This document shows positions 25,692-37,344 of a DNA stretch of 64,000 nucleotides, in pieces. The notes under the pieces are model-generated. The model made no database searches. It saw only the letters and a program-made list of their open reading frames with translations, and was not told the DNA's origin. The translations under genes and the position numbers were made by a program. Each line of letters opens with the position of its first letter. Position 1 is the first letter of the stretch. Source of the DNA: Coniocarpon cinnabarinum (taxonomy: Eukaryota); assembly GCA_051942205.1 (NCBI GenBank), contig JAVECO010000042.1, forward strand, positions 62,001 to 126,000. The letters run 5' to 3'.

Positions 25692-26452
25692 ATGGCGACT
25701 GTCATTGAAATTGACACCACACTGGTGAGCTGCTTGCAACAACACCTCATTCCCCCACACGTGGTTCTGACTATGTGGCCATCAGGGTGCTTTTACCGTC
25801 GAGCTCTATACAGACCACGCGCCCAAAGTATGACCCTACCTTTCTTGCTCCCCTATATCTGCACTGGTCGGCATCTGTCCAGCATTGGACCCACCCGCTG
25901 CATCCCACGCCCGAGCAGACACCACTTGCAATCTGCCAGTCCCCTGTATCTGCGAAGATGACGGGAGGCCTTCCTCTCCTGCGGTCGGGCTCCGCGCCAA
26001 CGCTGAAAGCTAAGAACCCTGCTGACCAAACACTTCAACAGACTTGCGAAAACTTCACTACCCTCGTCACTCGATCGTACTACAAAAACATCCCCGTCCA
26101 TCGCGTTATCCCTGACTTCATGATCCAGACTGGCGATCCCACCGGCACCGGCCGTGGCGGCGAGTCTGCTTGGGGCTCCCCATTCGAAGATGAGATCAAT
26201 CCTTCCCTCAAACACACTGGTGCCGGCATCCTCAGCATGGCGAATAGCGGACCAAACACGAACGGTAGCCAGTTTTTCATCACTCTGGCGCCGACCCCAT
26301 GGTTGGACGGAAAGCACGCCATTTTTGGAAGGGTGAAGAGCGGGATGAGCATCGTACAAAGACTGGGCATGGTTCGAACGGACAAAGACGACAGACCTGT
26401 GGAAGACGTGAAGGTCAGGGAAATGCGGATATCAGAAAGCGACGAGATATGA
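25692..26452 (+). CDS. CYP1: Cyclophilin-type peptidyl-prolyl isomerase, PPIL1/Cyp1-like, 3 exons
   Basis: [11 protein letters not shown] | [14 protein letters not shown] | [50 protein letters not shown]. Intron 2 = 25828-26041. Confidence 0.92.
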
Positions 26453-26744
26453 AGTTTGAAGTCTGCCGGCCCTGAGTAGCACCCTTAAGGAAATGTTCGA
26501 AAATCGTGATGGGCTCAAGTCGCAACCAGCATGGACACGTCGAGATCCCCACAAGCGATCTAATGTCTTTGACCACGATCAGAGCCAAACAACAGAGCAC
26601 GAGGCGAAAACAAGACACCACGTTCTATCCAAAATCTGCCGAGTCAACCAACGGTATCTTCGGCCCGCGATAGATCCTTCGTGAACGATAATGGCCACGG
26701 CAGGTCCAAGCACACAACGCTCCCCTGCACAATGCCAGACCACA

Positions 26745-28211
26745 TCATAGCGGTCCATTCGGATGAATGAGGACCTTCACGTACCCGTCTTCCCTCCTGT
26801 CAAACTTCTCGTACGCTTTGGGCGCGTCGTCAATGCCCACCTCATGACTAACCACAAAACTAGGTTTCGCGCGCCCCGAAATGATCAAGTCACGCAGGTA
26901 CCGGTTGTACGCCTTCACATTGCATTGCCCTGTGCCCAGATGGAGGCCCTAGCGCATACGGAGTCAGTTTGCAGGTCCCCACATTCGGCCACGTCCCGAG
27001 GGTTTCAGCAGCTGCAGGAAGTCACTCACCTTTTCGAATAGCTTGCCAAACGAGATCAATAATTGTCCCTGACCTGACTTGGAGTCCGGAGCACCAGGAT
27101 CACTTGGGACGTAGAGGCCTGGAATTCCCAGCCCACCTGTGCGCCCATGTGTCAGCACGTGGGGTATCCGCATCAAACCGGTAATCATTGCGAAACATAC
27201 CTGTAGCTCTGGTAACTTTGATGATCGAGTCAAGCACCACGTTTGGTACTTCCTGACTGCTACTACCACTGGTCGCCTGGTAGCCCACGGCGTCGACTGC
27301 ACGATCAACCTCACCGTCTGTGATCATCCTCGTCAGCACACACTTGACGAACTGAGTGCAGCAGCGACTGACCATTGTGCTTCAATATTTGCTCGACTGG
27401 ATCACCCTGCGAGAAGTCGATCGGGATGCAGCCGATCTTCTTTGCGACGTCGAGACGCTCTTTGACCTTGTCCACGACGTAGACTTGACTGGCGCCGCGC
27501 AGGATGCCGGAGTAGGCGGCCATGAGGCCTACTGGGCCTGCGCCGAATACAGCGACCGTTTCGCCGCTTTTGAAGCCTGACAGGACCAAGCCGTGCCATC
27601 CACTGGACGTGGTTAGCTGGGGGACGACGCAGGGTAGACAGAAACATACGTAGGGAAGATGTCCGCAAGCAGCGCAAAATCAGCCTCATGCTCGGTGCCT
27701 GGAGGCAGCGTGAGGCAGTTAAAGTCAGCGTAGGGGACTCTGATCGCTTGCGCCTGGCCGCCTTGGTAAGGTCCCATGGCGACGTAGCCATAAGCCCTGA
27801 GATGAAGATCAGTCATCCCTCATTGACCATCGAGCACAAGGACGCAGGACCTCACCCTCCAGCAAAACCCGGATTCACACCTGTGCAAAACGCCGTCTTC
27901 CCCTCTTCACAGTTCCTGCATCGACCGTCGGCGACATTAAATGGCATCACCACACGATCACCCTTCTTCAGCAACGTCACCCCACTGCCGATCTCTTCAA
28001 CAATGCCCATATTCTCATGGCCAAAAACAAGTCCTGCCTGGGCAGCCGTGCGGCCCTGGTACATGTGCAAGTCTGATCCACAGATGCATGCCGTGGTAAC
28101 TTTGACGACGACATCGTCTGGATGTTCAATCTTCGGATATCCTATTGTTTGGATGCTGGTTTTGAATGGGCCATCGTAGTGTAAGGCTTTCATTTGGGTT
28201 TGGGTCGCCAT
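26745..28211 (-). CDS. Zn-dependent MDR dehydrogenase, glutathione-independent formaldehyde dehydrogenase-like, 6 exons
   Basis: CICGSDLHMY, FGHENMG, PFNVADGRCRNC, LADIFPTGWHG and FGAGPVGL; ends GYVKVLIHPNGPL*. Five canonical GT-AG introns. Confidence 0.9.
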
Positions 28212-28722
28212 GGCGTCGCCGATGTTTTCCCCAAGACCAAAAGACTACGAAGACCTCTCAAGAGTGCCAGAAATACTGATTATGCATGCAACTATGCCAT
28301 AAGATCCCTTTGCAGGCCATTCGCAATGGTCGAATGGAGCGTCCTTCGTCATACACGTTATGCCCCTCCCTAGTCTACTCCTCGCCCCGCACCGGCACTA
28401 ACCAAGGCTTTGCGTCGTGCATTCTGCCACCGCTTAACATGGCCTAGTCAGGAACATGCCCTTCTTTTCATGACCACCAGTCTCGCTCTGCTGCTTATTC
28501 TCACTCATGCTTTGGCTCATCCCAGATGAAAACAGGCATGGCCAAATTAGGACTAGCGTACACCGGTACCTTGAAGACCTTGAAATGACAGCACTTGCTG
28601 CAACTCAATTAGGAGTTTAATAACATGCATGAGGCTTTCGCCATGATACTATCAACTATATGACCACGAATCTACCCATCATATAAGCTCGCCGCCTGCA
28701 CTAACTCACAGCTTGAATCTAG

Positions 28723-29820
28723 ATGGCCCACCCCATCACGATAGTCGGGTCAGGTATCGCAGGTCTTACGATAGGCCGCGTCCTTCGACGTCACGGCATT
28801 CCCGTACAACTGTACAACCGCACGAAACCAGGAACCAGGTTTGGATATAGCATCGCGCTTCACCAACGAAGCTACGAATCCCTCCTCCAGCTCCTAAATC
28901 TAGACTTATCTCAGTTCAGTGCCGGCGTCGGAGTCGGAGGCTGCTTCAACGCTGTGGAATCATCGAAGACATTTCGCGTCCATCGCGCACGCTTGGATGA
29001 GTTACTAGCTCAGGATCTGGGCATCCATGAGAAGGACGTAACTGGTGCGAGTATTACGAATGATGGAGTTGTTTTGAAATTTGGTGACGGGAGTGAAGTA
29101 ACAGCGCGCCGTGTCATCGTCGCAGATGGTGCACTGTCAACAGTTCGGAACGCGCTTTTACCCCATGTGAAGCCGACTGTCCATCCGTTCGTCGTCATCA
29201 ATGGGAAGTGCAAATTCCAAGATCCCGACTCATCTCACCTGCTTCCGCATTTTCCAAGTGACACAGCCATGCTTGAGCACCGATCTCATGATGTACTTCT
29301 ACAAACGTATATCAATGACTTGGACATCGAAAAGAATGAGTGCAGCATCAGCTTCACCTATTCCCGTCCCGCTCGGAAAAGCGATCCCTTATTCACACCC
29401 CACCGCTCGACCAGCGACGCCAGAAGAATCCCTCAAGAGTTTTACGACGAACTCCGTTCACTTCGTCCATTACCAGAACCCTTCAACCTCATCTTCAGCG
29501 AAGAGAATGTCAAAAGTTCAAATCTACTAAGCTGGCTCATGCGCAGTGTCCTCATCCCTAAATCCGATCTATTGCAACTCGCGAAGAAGGAGGTCTGGGT
29601 ACTAGGCGACGCGGCGCATGCTACGCCAATCTTGGGAAGCAGCGGCGCTAATGACGCGATCCTGGATGCGATACAGTTGGGTGGCCGAATAGCCGGAGAT
29701 GAAGAGGCTGAAGTCTTGAATTTCTATGGGAATGTATTTGAGTCTTGGAAAACGACAGTGGAGGGAAGTGAGAAGAGGTTACAGGAATTACATTCTTCTG
29801 GTGTTAGTGCCGCACTTTGA
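28723..29820 (+). CDS. FAD-dependent monooxygenase (aromatic hydroxylase-like)
   Basis: IVGSGIAG (GxGxxG), IVADGALS (DG motif) and LGDAAHATPILGSSGANDAILDA (GD motif). TATATAA at ~28682. Intronless. Confidence 0.88.
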   Translation: MAHPITIVGSGIAGLTIGRVLRRHGIPVQLYNRTKPGTRFGYSIALHQRSYESLLQLLNLDLSQFSAGVGVGGCFNAVESSKTFRVHRARLDELLAQDLGIHEKDVTGASITNDGVVLKFGDGSEVTARRVIVADGALSTVRNALLPHVKPTVHPFVVINGKCKFQDPDSSHLLPHFPSDTAMLEHRSHDVLLQTYINDLDIEKNECSISFTYSRPARKSDPLFTPHRSTSDARRIPQEFYDELRSLRPLPEPFNLIFSEENVKSSNLLSWLMRSVLIPKSDLLQLAKKEVWVLGDAAHATPILGSSGANDAILDAIQLGGRIAGDEEAEVLNFYGNVFESWKTTVEGSEKRLQELHSSGVSAAL

Positions 29821-30630
29821 GCTTCCTATGAGATGGCTGGAAGTCAGTGAAGGAGCGTGGAAGAGCATGGTTGTGCTGCTGGGTTTTTGCGAGAAGAAGA
29901 CGTGCGTTGTATTTGTTGCCATGTGTGATGGGTAAAGGGGTGAGACGTGGACGTCAATCAGGCTGAAGCGTGTGTGAAGGGTCCAAGAGGAGTGTGACTC
30001 TCATGACGTTACCCCAATCGAAGGAGTAGAATGCGCCGGTGTACATACTAGCAACTCGAAGCTTCAGACGAAGACCCGTAAGTTGCTGAACAAAGCCGGC
30101 CTGCACCCACTAACCAGCTCCAGATTCTACAGAGCATCTTTCCACTTCCCACACCTTTTTCAATCCACAATATACAGCAAAAAAGCTTTGTTACGATTAA
30201 AGCGACTACTATCGAAGAAAGCACATGACTGCATGCTCTAGCAAATACTCATGAGCCCAATACAATTTAAACTGCTTTCAGAAGCATTACTGGCTTCGAG
30301 CTGATTTCCATATCAAAATCAGAGTCGATAGTGAATCAGTCTCAAAGTATGAGAGCTACAAGATAGTAGCGGTGAAGCAGCAGTGAAGCAGCGGTTATCG
30401 TAGGTGTTGTCACATCTGACATCGCTAGATACATTCATCCACGTGCCATGATCGAGCAGATCTCAAGTCTCCGTATTTCAATTCCAAACTCCAGTTCCAC
30501 AATCCAATTCCTAGACTTAACTTCTACCATCTAGCTTTCCGATCTTCAGAGGCACCATGTGGCTTTCAGAACTGGAGTTCGGAATCTTCTGCTCGGACTC
30601 CAATTCACAGATTTCTGATTTGGGGGGTTC

Positions 30631-30770
30631 CTCAATCTCAGTCTCTCAATCTCCGTTTCTCAATTTCAACTTCAACTTCAATTTCAATTCCAGTTTCTCG
30701 ATCTCAGTCTCTCAGTCTCTGTTTCTCAATTTCAATTTCAATTTCAATTTCAATATCTCAGTTTCCCAGT
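30631..30770. repeat. CAA(T/C)TT hexamer array within a 66-bp-period duplication
   Basis: 58-bp units starting at 30631 and 30697 differ at 5 positions, all transitions. Confidence 0.85.
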
Positions 30771-31519
30771 CTCGGATTCTCCATTTCCGGACTGTAATCT
30801 TAAGACTGCGATCTCAAGACTGCAATCTCCGGCTTGCAAGTTTAAACTTGGAACTGTAAATGCCAGTTTGAGAGCTTCCGTTAAACGCTTCTTTCGCCTT
30901 CGGGAGTCATCACCAAAAGACATCATCAGGGAACATCATCAGATGTCCTCTTCCTCCGTCTCCCCCGAAGTCCCCTTCCTGCTCCGCTCTTGTGAAAAGA
31001 GCATTTAAAGTCACGAGAAAGCAAAATGAAGATGTATCATGCTTGAGAGCTATCTGCAGTGTTCTCAGTGAAATGGTTACTATTGATCAATTATGAGTAC
31101 TAATTATTAATAGCAATATAGTATAGGCTCTTCTAGTAATAACACAATTCAATAATCCTCCAATCAAACAAGTAAAATAACTATTTACTAAAAATAGCAG
31201 AGAAGCAAGTAGCGTCAGAAATAAAGTACAACGTAGTACCTCTAGAGACACTAACCTCGACAACAAGATTGATAATAAGAGTTTTAGAAGCGCTTTCTAC
31301 TCGAGAAGAAGCGCTTGAAGAGCTCTAATATTTAATATAGTTTGCGCTTCTTCTACTTTTGCTACTATACTATTGGTATACTGGTAAGCACTTTCCTGAG
31401 TGAGTATAATTCGATTATGACCTTACTGAGTATGGTAAAGTGAGTAGGGTATTGGTAGGAAAATATAGCTTTACTGAGAACACTGGGAGCTGACGCTCGA
31501 GCAGCTGAATCCGAAGCGC

Positions 31520-31825
31520 TAAATTCCGAAGCGCTGCATTCGAAAGGCTGGGTTCGAAAGGCTGGATTTGAATAGCTACATGTCGAATAGCTGCATTCGA
31601 ATAGCTGCATTCGAATAGCTGCATGTCGAACAGCTGCATATTGAATAGCTGCATGTCGGATAGCTGCATTTCGAATAGCTGCATGTCGAATAGCTGCATT
31701 CGAACCGCTGAATTCGAGAAGCTAGATTCGAATAGCTGCATATCGAATAGCTGCATGTCGAAGCGCTGCACTCCGAATAGCTATATTCGAGAAGTTGGAT
31801 TCGAAAAGCTGTTTGGATTCGAGAA
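31520..31825. repeat. Minisatellite, ~20 copies of TCGAATAGCTGCAT(G) (14-15 bp)
   Basis: Directly visible tandem units, e.g. 31583-31700. Confidence 0.92.
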
Positions 31826-31880
31826 GTACCCCGAGACCCCATCGAAAAAGCAGTAATGACTCTTGCAAGATCATGATCCA

Positions 31881-31962
31881 GAGTAGAATCAGAATCAGAG
31901 TCAGAATCAGCGTCAGAATCAGCGTCAGAATTAGAATTAGAATTAGAGTTAGAGTTAGAATC
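31881..31962. repeat. AGAAT(C/T)/AGAGT(C/T) hexamer array
   Basis: agaatc agaatc agagtc agaatc agcgtc ... agaatt agagtt. Confidence 0.9.
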
Positions 31963-32600
31963 ACAATAGACAAAAAAGAAGAAGAGAGAAAAGATGAGTG
32001 CTCGTGAGAAAATAATTCATGAAAGCATACCCACACTATACCATGACTTACCGGGTCGTGACGAGGTCAGAGTGAGTGACCGGCTTGGTCAGAGTGCGTG
32101 AGGCACAAGGGTTGTAGGGACATGCGTGAGGCATTGGAAATTTAGCAACTTGCGCTCTAGCCCTCGTGCAGTTCGTACAGTCATGACTACAAGATTACTT
32201 TGTCCCAGAATCTACACAGGAAAAGCTTTTGCTTGACGTCAAGGGATTCTGACTTCGATATTAAGGGATTCTTACTTCGACGTCGCTGTGACACAAGATG
32301 TTGAGAATCTGGAATTTCCACAGTCTGTGGCTTCGTGATCTGGTACGCGTCAATAGCGCTTTAACACCAAGTCGCTTGGCACACCGGAATCGTGATTCGC
32401 TGTCTACTCTATCTAAGAACCATCGTTATCACAAATGGTCCCTTGACTCTACATTTAATAGGCGTCACGACAGCCAATCATGATCAACATACACACGTTT
32501 TTCACACATTCCTGAATCGCCATTATACCCATCTGTACAAAACCCATGTCATCACGACGACCTCTGCTACAACGGCCGCCGCCGCCACCATCACCACCAC

Positions 32601-34479
32601 CTAAAACTGTCCCTCCGTCCCACCCTCACCCATACTCCTTAACCCCCCACTCCCAGAGACCACATTACCCACCATCCCATCCATGAGCTCAGCACCAGAC
32701 CACTTCTGATGCCGTAGCACATCGACCTTCTTCTCCTGTTCAGGTCCCTGCACGACCTCGACATAAGCCTTCATCCCCTCGTCTTTGAATCGTCGACTCA
32801 ACTCCGCCGTGATCGTGGCGTTGGAATGCAATCCTGCTAAACTGACGAGTTGTAACGTAAAACCTACTTTGGCGAGGTCCCAGATGAATGACTGGATTGT
32901 TTGCGGGGTGAAGCCGTGGGCGCCCCAGTTGAAGGAGGGGGAGAGGTTGTACACGAGTTGTTTATTTGGATATTTCGATCGGACTGAATTCGCGAGGGTG
33001 GTTGCGATTGAGAGATTGGGGGAACCGGTTTCGACCCATAGTAAATCGGCGTGGGGAGCGAATGTTAGCGCGCGTTTTGTGGCGGCGGGCATGCCGGAAC
33101 GGTAGTGATAGTGACCCTCTCGCGTGCGGGGAATGTCCCAGGAGAAGAAGAGAGGTGAGGTTGAAGGCGGTGAGACAGATGTGAGGAGCAAGCGCCGGTC
33201 GGTGAGACTCATGTTGGGGTCTGAGCGGGTGGTTGAAGTGTAGAGCTCTGAAGCTGAAGAGGGGGCATTGTGGGTTTGGAGGTGCTGCATTGCTGCTTCG
33301 TCGAATGTTACCAATTTGCGGTCGGTCAGCCATGACGACTCGAATGCGTCGATTTCGGACCCGGGCGCGCCGGATGCTTCCATCCGCTGAATTGCTTCGG
33401 CAAGGGGTTCGACGTCGTCGGTTACGCCGAGTATAAACTCGTGATCTCTAACATCGATCGCAGACGAGATCAGCTTCCCACTCTCGGCATCAGTGCGGGC
33501 AATGAGTATCTGCTCCGTCCCCAGAATATCCCATTGAAACCGTGCAGCGTTCAACCGATTGATATGTTCGCCCATCGGCACCAGCACTTTGCCCGCTAGA
33601 TGCCCGCACTTCTTTCCGCCATGTTGCTGGTCTTCAAAATGGACAGCCGCAGCGCCGGACTCGGCGAAGAGTTTAGCCAATTTCATAACGGCAGTCAGAC
33701 CTCCATGGCCGGTGTCACCGTCTGCGATTATAGGACGCAGGTAGTCGATATACGGCGTCTTTGTGCGGGATTCCGGCGTCAGACCCCATCGAGCGTGGAA
33801 GTGTTTCCGATCGTGAAGCTGCTGCGCTTTAAAGAGCCGCTGTACCTGGTTGGGGACGGTATTGTATGGATAATCCCCAAAGTCTGCCGAGACCTCATGC
33901 GTGGGCGTCAGAAGCGAGGAGCAGGCCCAGCCAGAGATGTAGAGAACCTCCTGATGAGGAGCTTGCTGCGTCATTTGAACGGGGTCGACAGCGCCGACTG
34001 TGCGGACATATTCAGCGAGGAGATCTCAAGTCGTATATGTTTGTGGAAGCGAGCATACGTGTATGTATTGGCTCGCCTCTCGCGCCGCGCTCTTGCAGCA
34101 GATGAAAGAGCTTGCGCGCCATCAACGAGCTTGGATATGTCTGTTGCAATGTCCCGCGCTTCGAGACGACATCTGCGGCACTGTAGGGGCGCTTGACGTG
34201 GGCGAAGCGGTCGGACGCCCACCATTTTTCGACGTCTGCGACTTGGGATTGGAAGAGGGCGTCTTCGGAGAGGGGTTTTTGAGATTCGGGAAGGAGCTGG
34301 AAAGAGTTGGTTGGGTGTTGGGTGGATATTGGTGGTGTTACGGGTGGTAGAGATGTGCGCCTTCTTATTGACATTGTGAATGGTCTTAGAGCTGGTACGG
34401 GGAATCTTGGAGTGAGAGGGTGTGATTGTCGAAGGTGTCGTGAACTGGCTCGAAGAGCACGGTGGATCGTAGATGTCAT
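32601..34479 (-). CDS. mclA: Mitochondrial 2-methylisocitrate lyase, 2 exons
   Basis: Arg/Ser-rich presequence [14 protein letters not shown], then [25 protein letters not shown] and [17 protein letters not shown], rather than the isocitrate lyase WQFITLAG, indicates the methyl-specific type (yeast ICL2). Confidence 0.92.
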
Positions 34480-34652
34480 GGTGGAGGCTTGTTCTCCCTG
34501 TGATTGCACGCACACGCGGGTATTGGAGCACTTCGTCAACGCATCATTAAGGCAAGTTGTGGTATGAAAGTCAGGCGTAATATTTACTGAAGGCAAAGCG
34601 CATCTCAATCAGAAGCTTGAAGATGCTCGGCTGGAACTTGCCTGACAGCGGA

Positions 34653-34658
34653 CCGAGG
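34653..34658. promoter_or_regulatory. CCGAGG FarA/FarB-type site upstream of methylisocitrate lyase
   Basis: Exact hexamer ~175 bp upstream of the ATG. Confidence 0.5.
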
Positions 34659-35031
34659 TCGCGGTACCATCCATTTCTTAGTCATCATGGTCCTTCGCCG
34701 ACATCGCGGGTGTCACCATGTCCGACATCGGAAGGAATATTACTGGTGGCGAACAGCCCTTGACGAAACCTGATATCACCTTTAAAGAACTCGAAACAAG
34801 ATATGCCGCCGAATTGATGCAGAAGAATCCCTAATTGCGCTCATTGGAATCGCTATCTGTCATGGCACGCTTGCTCAGCAGAACAACAGCTTCTTTGAAG
34901 CCTCGCTGAGACCTGATACGGAAGCAAAACTTGAGGAGGGAACGGAAAAGCTCGATTCTTAGTGAATGCAATTGCTATCTCATATACAGTCTCCAGCCCA
35001 GTCATGACGCCTCGGCCGATCTCTGCACTCT

Positions 35032-35541
35032 TCACTGGTGTTCGACCGCACTGATACGCAATGAAGCTATCTGTTCGCTGATTCCAGGCCCTTCATCCCC
35101 CAAGCATTTGCAGATCTTCTCCAAACGTTTCACCGCCGCTTTCAAACATTCCAACCGGAATTCGAAACCCTCTCGCTCCTGAACCCTCTCCTTATAGAAT
35201 TCGTATCGTCGTAATAGCGTGACGCGTTCAAGTCGCGTCTCCCAATCATCTCGAGTCTCGTCTGTTTGCTCGGCAATGTTCCTTAAGGAAGTATAACAGC
35301 GCAGACAGTTGAATCTGTCTGACACGAGTCGCGATTGGCGCAATGGCGCGTCTACCATGGCCAGCATATGCTGCTCCCTCGCGACCGACCGCACGAGCTG
35401 GGCACTATCGTAAGACACGAGTGCGAGACGGCAGAGATCATGCTTGATATTCCAGGGCTGCACCTTCTCAAGCGTAGACAGTACTGCTTGCTCGAGAATC
35501 TGTCGCTGAACCTCAACTGGAAGACGTGGAGAGGAACCCAT
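35032..35541 (-). CDS. Small hypothetical protein with N-terminal F-box-like motif
   Basis: RLPVEVQRQILEQA..DLCRLALVS. ATG start with TATATAA ~150 bp upstream (~35690). Confidence 0.6.
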   Translation of the reverse strand: MGSSPRLPVEVQRQILEQAVLSTLEKVQPWNIKHDLCRLALVSYDSAQLVRSVAREQHMLAMVDAPLRQSRLVSDRFNCLRCYTSLRNIAEQTDETRDDWETRLERVTLLRRYEFYKERVQEREGFEFRLECLKAAVKRLEKICKCLGDEGPGISEQIASLRISAVEHQ

Positions 35542-36245
35542 GTCTTGGACGAGGCTTTAGGTTGTCGAAATGTGCTTGTGTTTGTATGGGTGCTTGCTGA
35601 TGAAGGTGGGTTCTTCAAGTGAGCACGAACGTTAGATGATCTTGGATGATATTACTGAGGTATCAAGGACAAGCGCATGGGAAGATACTTATATATGTTT
35701 GTCAGCTGTCAGAGCGTGTGCTCAGACATGGTAACCCTGGAACCAAGCCGTGAAAAGTAAAGTAATTGTATCCATTTGCGCTCAGACTTGACTGATGTCA
35801 CTGGAACGTCACGAACCGCTACACTGATTAACATCTCACGTAAGATTTGTATGGAACAGTAGTTGCCCAGACTTGCGCTGCACGATCGCTCGCGATGTTC
35901 TGGTATGTTCAGCAACGCTTGAACCGTTTTCAAGATGGCGATTGTCGCTCTGCGTCCTCTTCAGTGGTAGTGATGGGAAAGAGCTATCTGGCAAAAGAAC
36001 GACCGATAGACAGAGTGTCTGAGAAGATGAAATGCTGCGATGATATACGTAGGTTTGATATCACGAGCGGCTGCGCTGCAGAAGAATGTTGAATCGGGCG
36101 TCGCGCTGGTGAGCTCAAGCTAGTAAGGGTCTTGCAAGACAGCACTTGCCGCACTGGAATTGAGTATTATTTGCGTCGCAAAGCGGTTTCGCCGTTGTAC
36201 TCCCAGCGTTGTGACCCGTGTTGTTCTCATCGTACAGGCTCGTGG

Positions 36246-36677
36246 TCAATGACCTTCCCGCTGCTGAGGCATTCGCTGCGACCCTTGACTGCTGTCGATG
36301 GGTTTCGTACCGGCAGCTTCAATGCGCTTCAGCATGTCTGAAATAAGCTTCAAACGGCTCTTGGTGGCGGCTGTGACACTGCCTAGGCTAAGCCAGGCAG
36401 TAAGTTTATCTCGCTGAGAGACATTTGGATCTAGAAGAGTCTTCAGGACGTCCACCCGCAATGGGTTGAGAAGATCTTGGAGCCTGGCATCGAGACCTGG
36501 GAGAATTGCCTGTACGACTTCAAGTCCGAGCTTCGATGTACTGGCGATTTTAAGGAATGGTCGGGTCATCACAGCCTTCGAGACGCCTGGCTTTGTGCCC
36601 ACATGATCGTAATGGCGGATGAGACGCCAGTGCATGATTTCGATAATGATTTCAGGTGGGAGATCTCGGGGGGACAT
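36246..36677 (-). CDS. Small hypothetical protein with N-terminal F-box-like motif
   Basis: MSPRDLPPEIIIEIMHW..FLKIASTSKL. Confidence 0.6.
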   Translation of the reverse strand: MSPRDLPPEIIIEIMHWRLIRHYDHVGTKPGVSKAVMTRPFLKIASTSKLGLEVVQAILPGLDARLQDLLNPLRVDVLKTLLDPNVSQRDKLTAWLSLGSVTAATKSRLKLISDMLKRIEAAGTKPIDSSQGSQRMPQQREGH

Positions 36678-37344
36678 AATCAGACTTGAATTCGAAGATA
36701 CCTCTGCTTAAGTGGAAGATGATTGTGAAGGTGACCGGCGTGGGAGGAATCGGGGTTTGGGGTCGTTTTGGTAGCAACTGATAGACTGTCTCCAAGCCAT
36801 TGTACAACACTGCCGTAGCAGTCATGTGGGCATTGTGTCATAAGCAAACGCTGAAAGGGTGGCCGTGAAGACGCCGGAACACAGCATTTGTGTAGTTGCA
36901 GCCGAACTACGCAGTCTTAGCCTTTCGTGATCCTACCGAAGCAGAATTGCTGTTCGGCATCTTCAGCACTACATGCACCGCGCTGCTCTTGCTGTAGCCC
37001 TGCAGACTCCTGACTCAAGGGGTCGCACGCCTTGCGAAGAAACAAGCCGAGTTCGAAAACAAGCGTCTCGTGTCCAGCGTACAAGGCAAGTTTTTTATCA
37101 GAAAGCGTTGCTTGTTGATACTCCATCAAGAGAAGCACTTGCCACACTTTGTTTCAGCATATTTTGACCTGCAAAGAGCTTTCGCCGTCATACCTATAGC
37201 TTTGGGGACCGAATTGCATTAGCTGTATTGGCTCACTGCCTGCACAAAAGTCTGGCAATAACTTTTGTCTGTCCCTGGCTTCGGTGATTTGGTTGTTGCA
37301 TAGTCGCAACACCAAAATCGTTTTGCGCCGCATCAACGTCCAGC

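Larger units (their letters stand above)
30470..32040. mobile_element. Degenerate, RIP-like mutated repeat relic (class unidentifiable)
   Basis: AT/TpA-rich core (~31080-31470) flanked by hexamer arrays and a 14/15-bp minisatellite whose copies differ mainly by transitions. No intact ORF or recognisable transposase. Boundaries are approximate. Confidence 0.45.

Noticed and set aside
26763..27041. Plus-strand 92-aa ORF (and similar shadow ORFs opposite cryD, mclA, WBP11, REC8)
   Set aside because: These are antisense shadows of well-supported genes.
31520..31825. CRISPR-like repeat array
   Set aside because: The units are directly adjacent with no unique spacers, there are no cas genes, and the context is eukaryotic.
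31415..31842. ORFs with MQLFD/CSYS repeats, tempting as a RIP-mutated FG-repeat or pentapeptide protein
   Set aside because: The underlying units mix 14 and 15 bp and shift frame, so the ORFs are by-products of a minisatellite.
32241..32280. 18-bp direct repeat AAGGGATTCT(G/T)ACTTCGA as a target-site duplication
   Set aside because: The copies are 4 bp apart and do not flank the relic, so this is a simple local duplication.
32601..34479. Glyoxylate-cycle isocitrate lyase (ICL1/acuD)
   Set aside because: The mitochondrial-type presequence and the LQLVSLAG motif point to methylisocitrate lyase.
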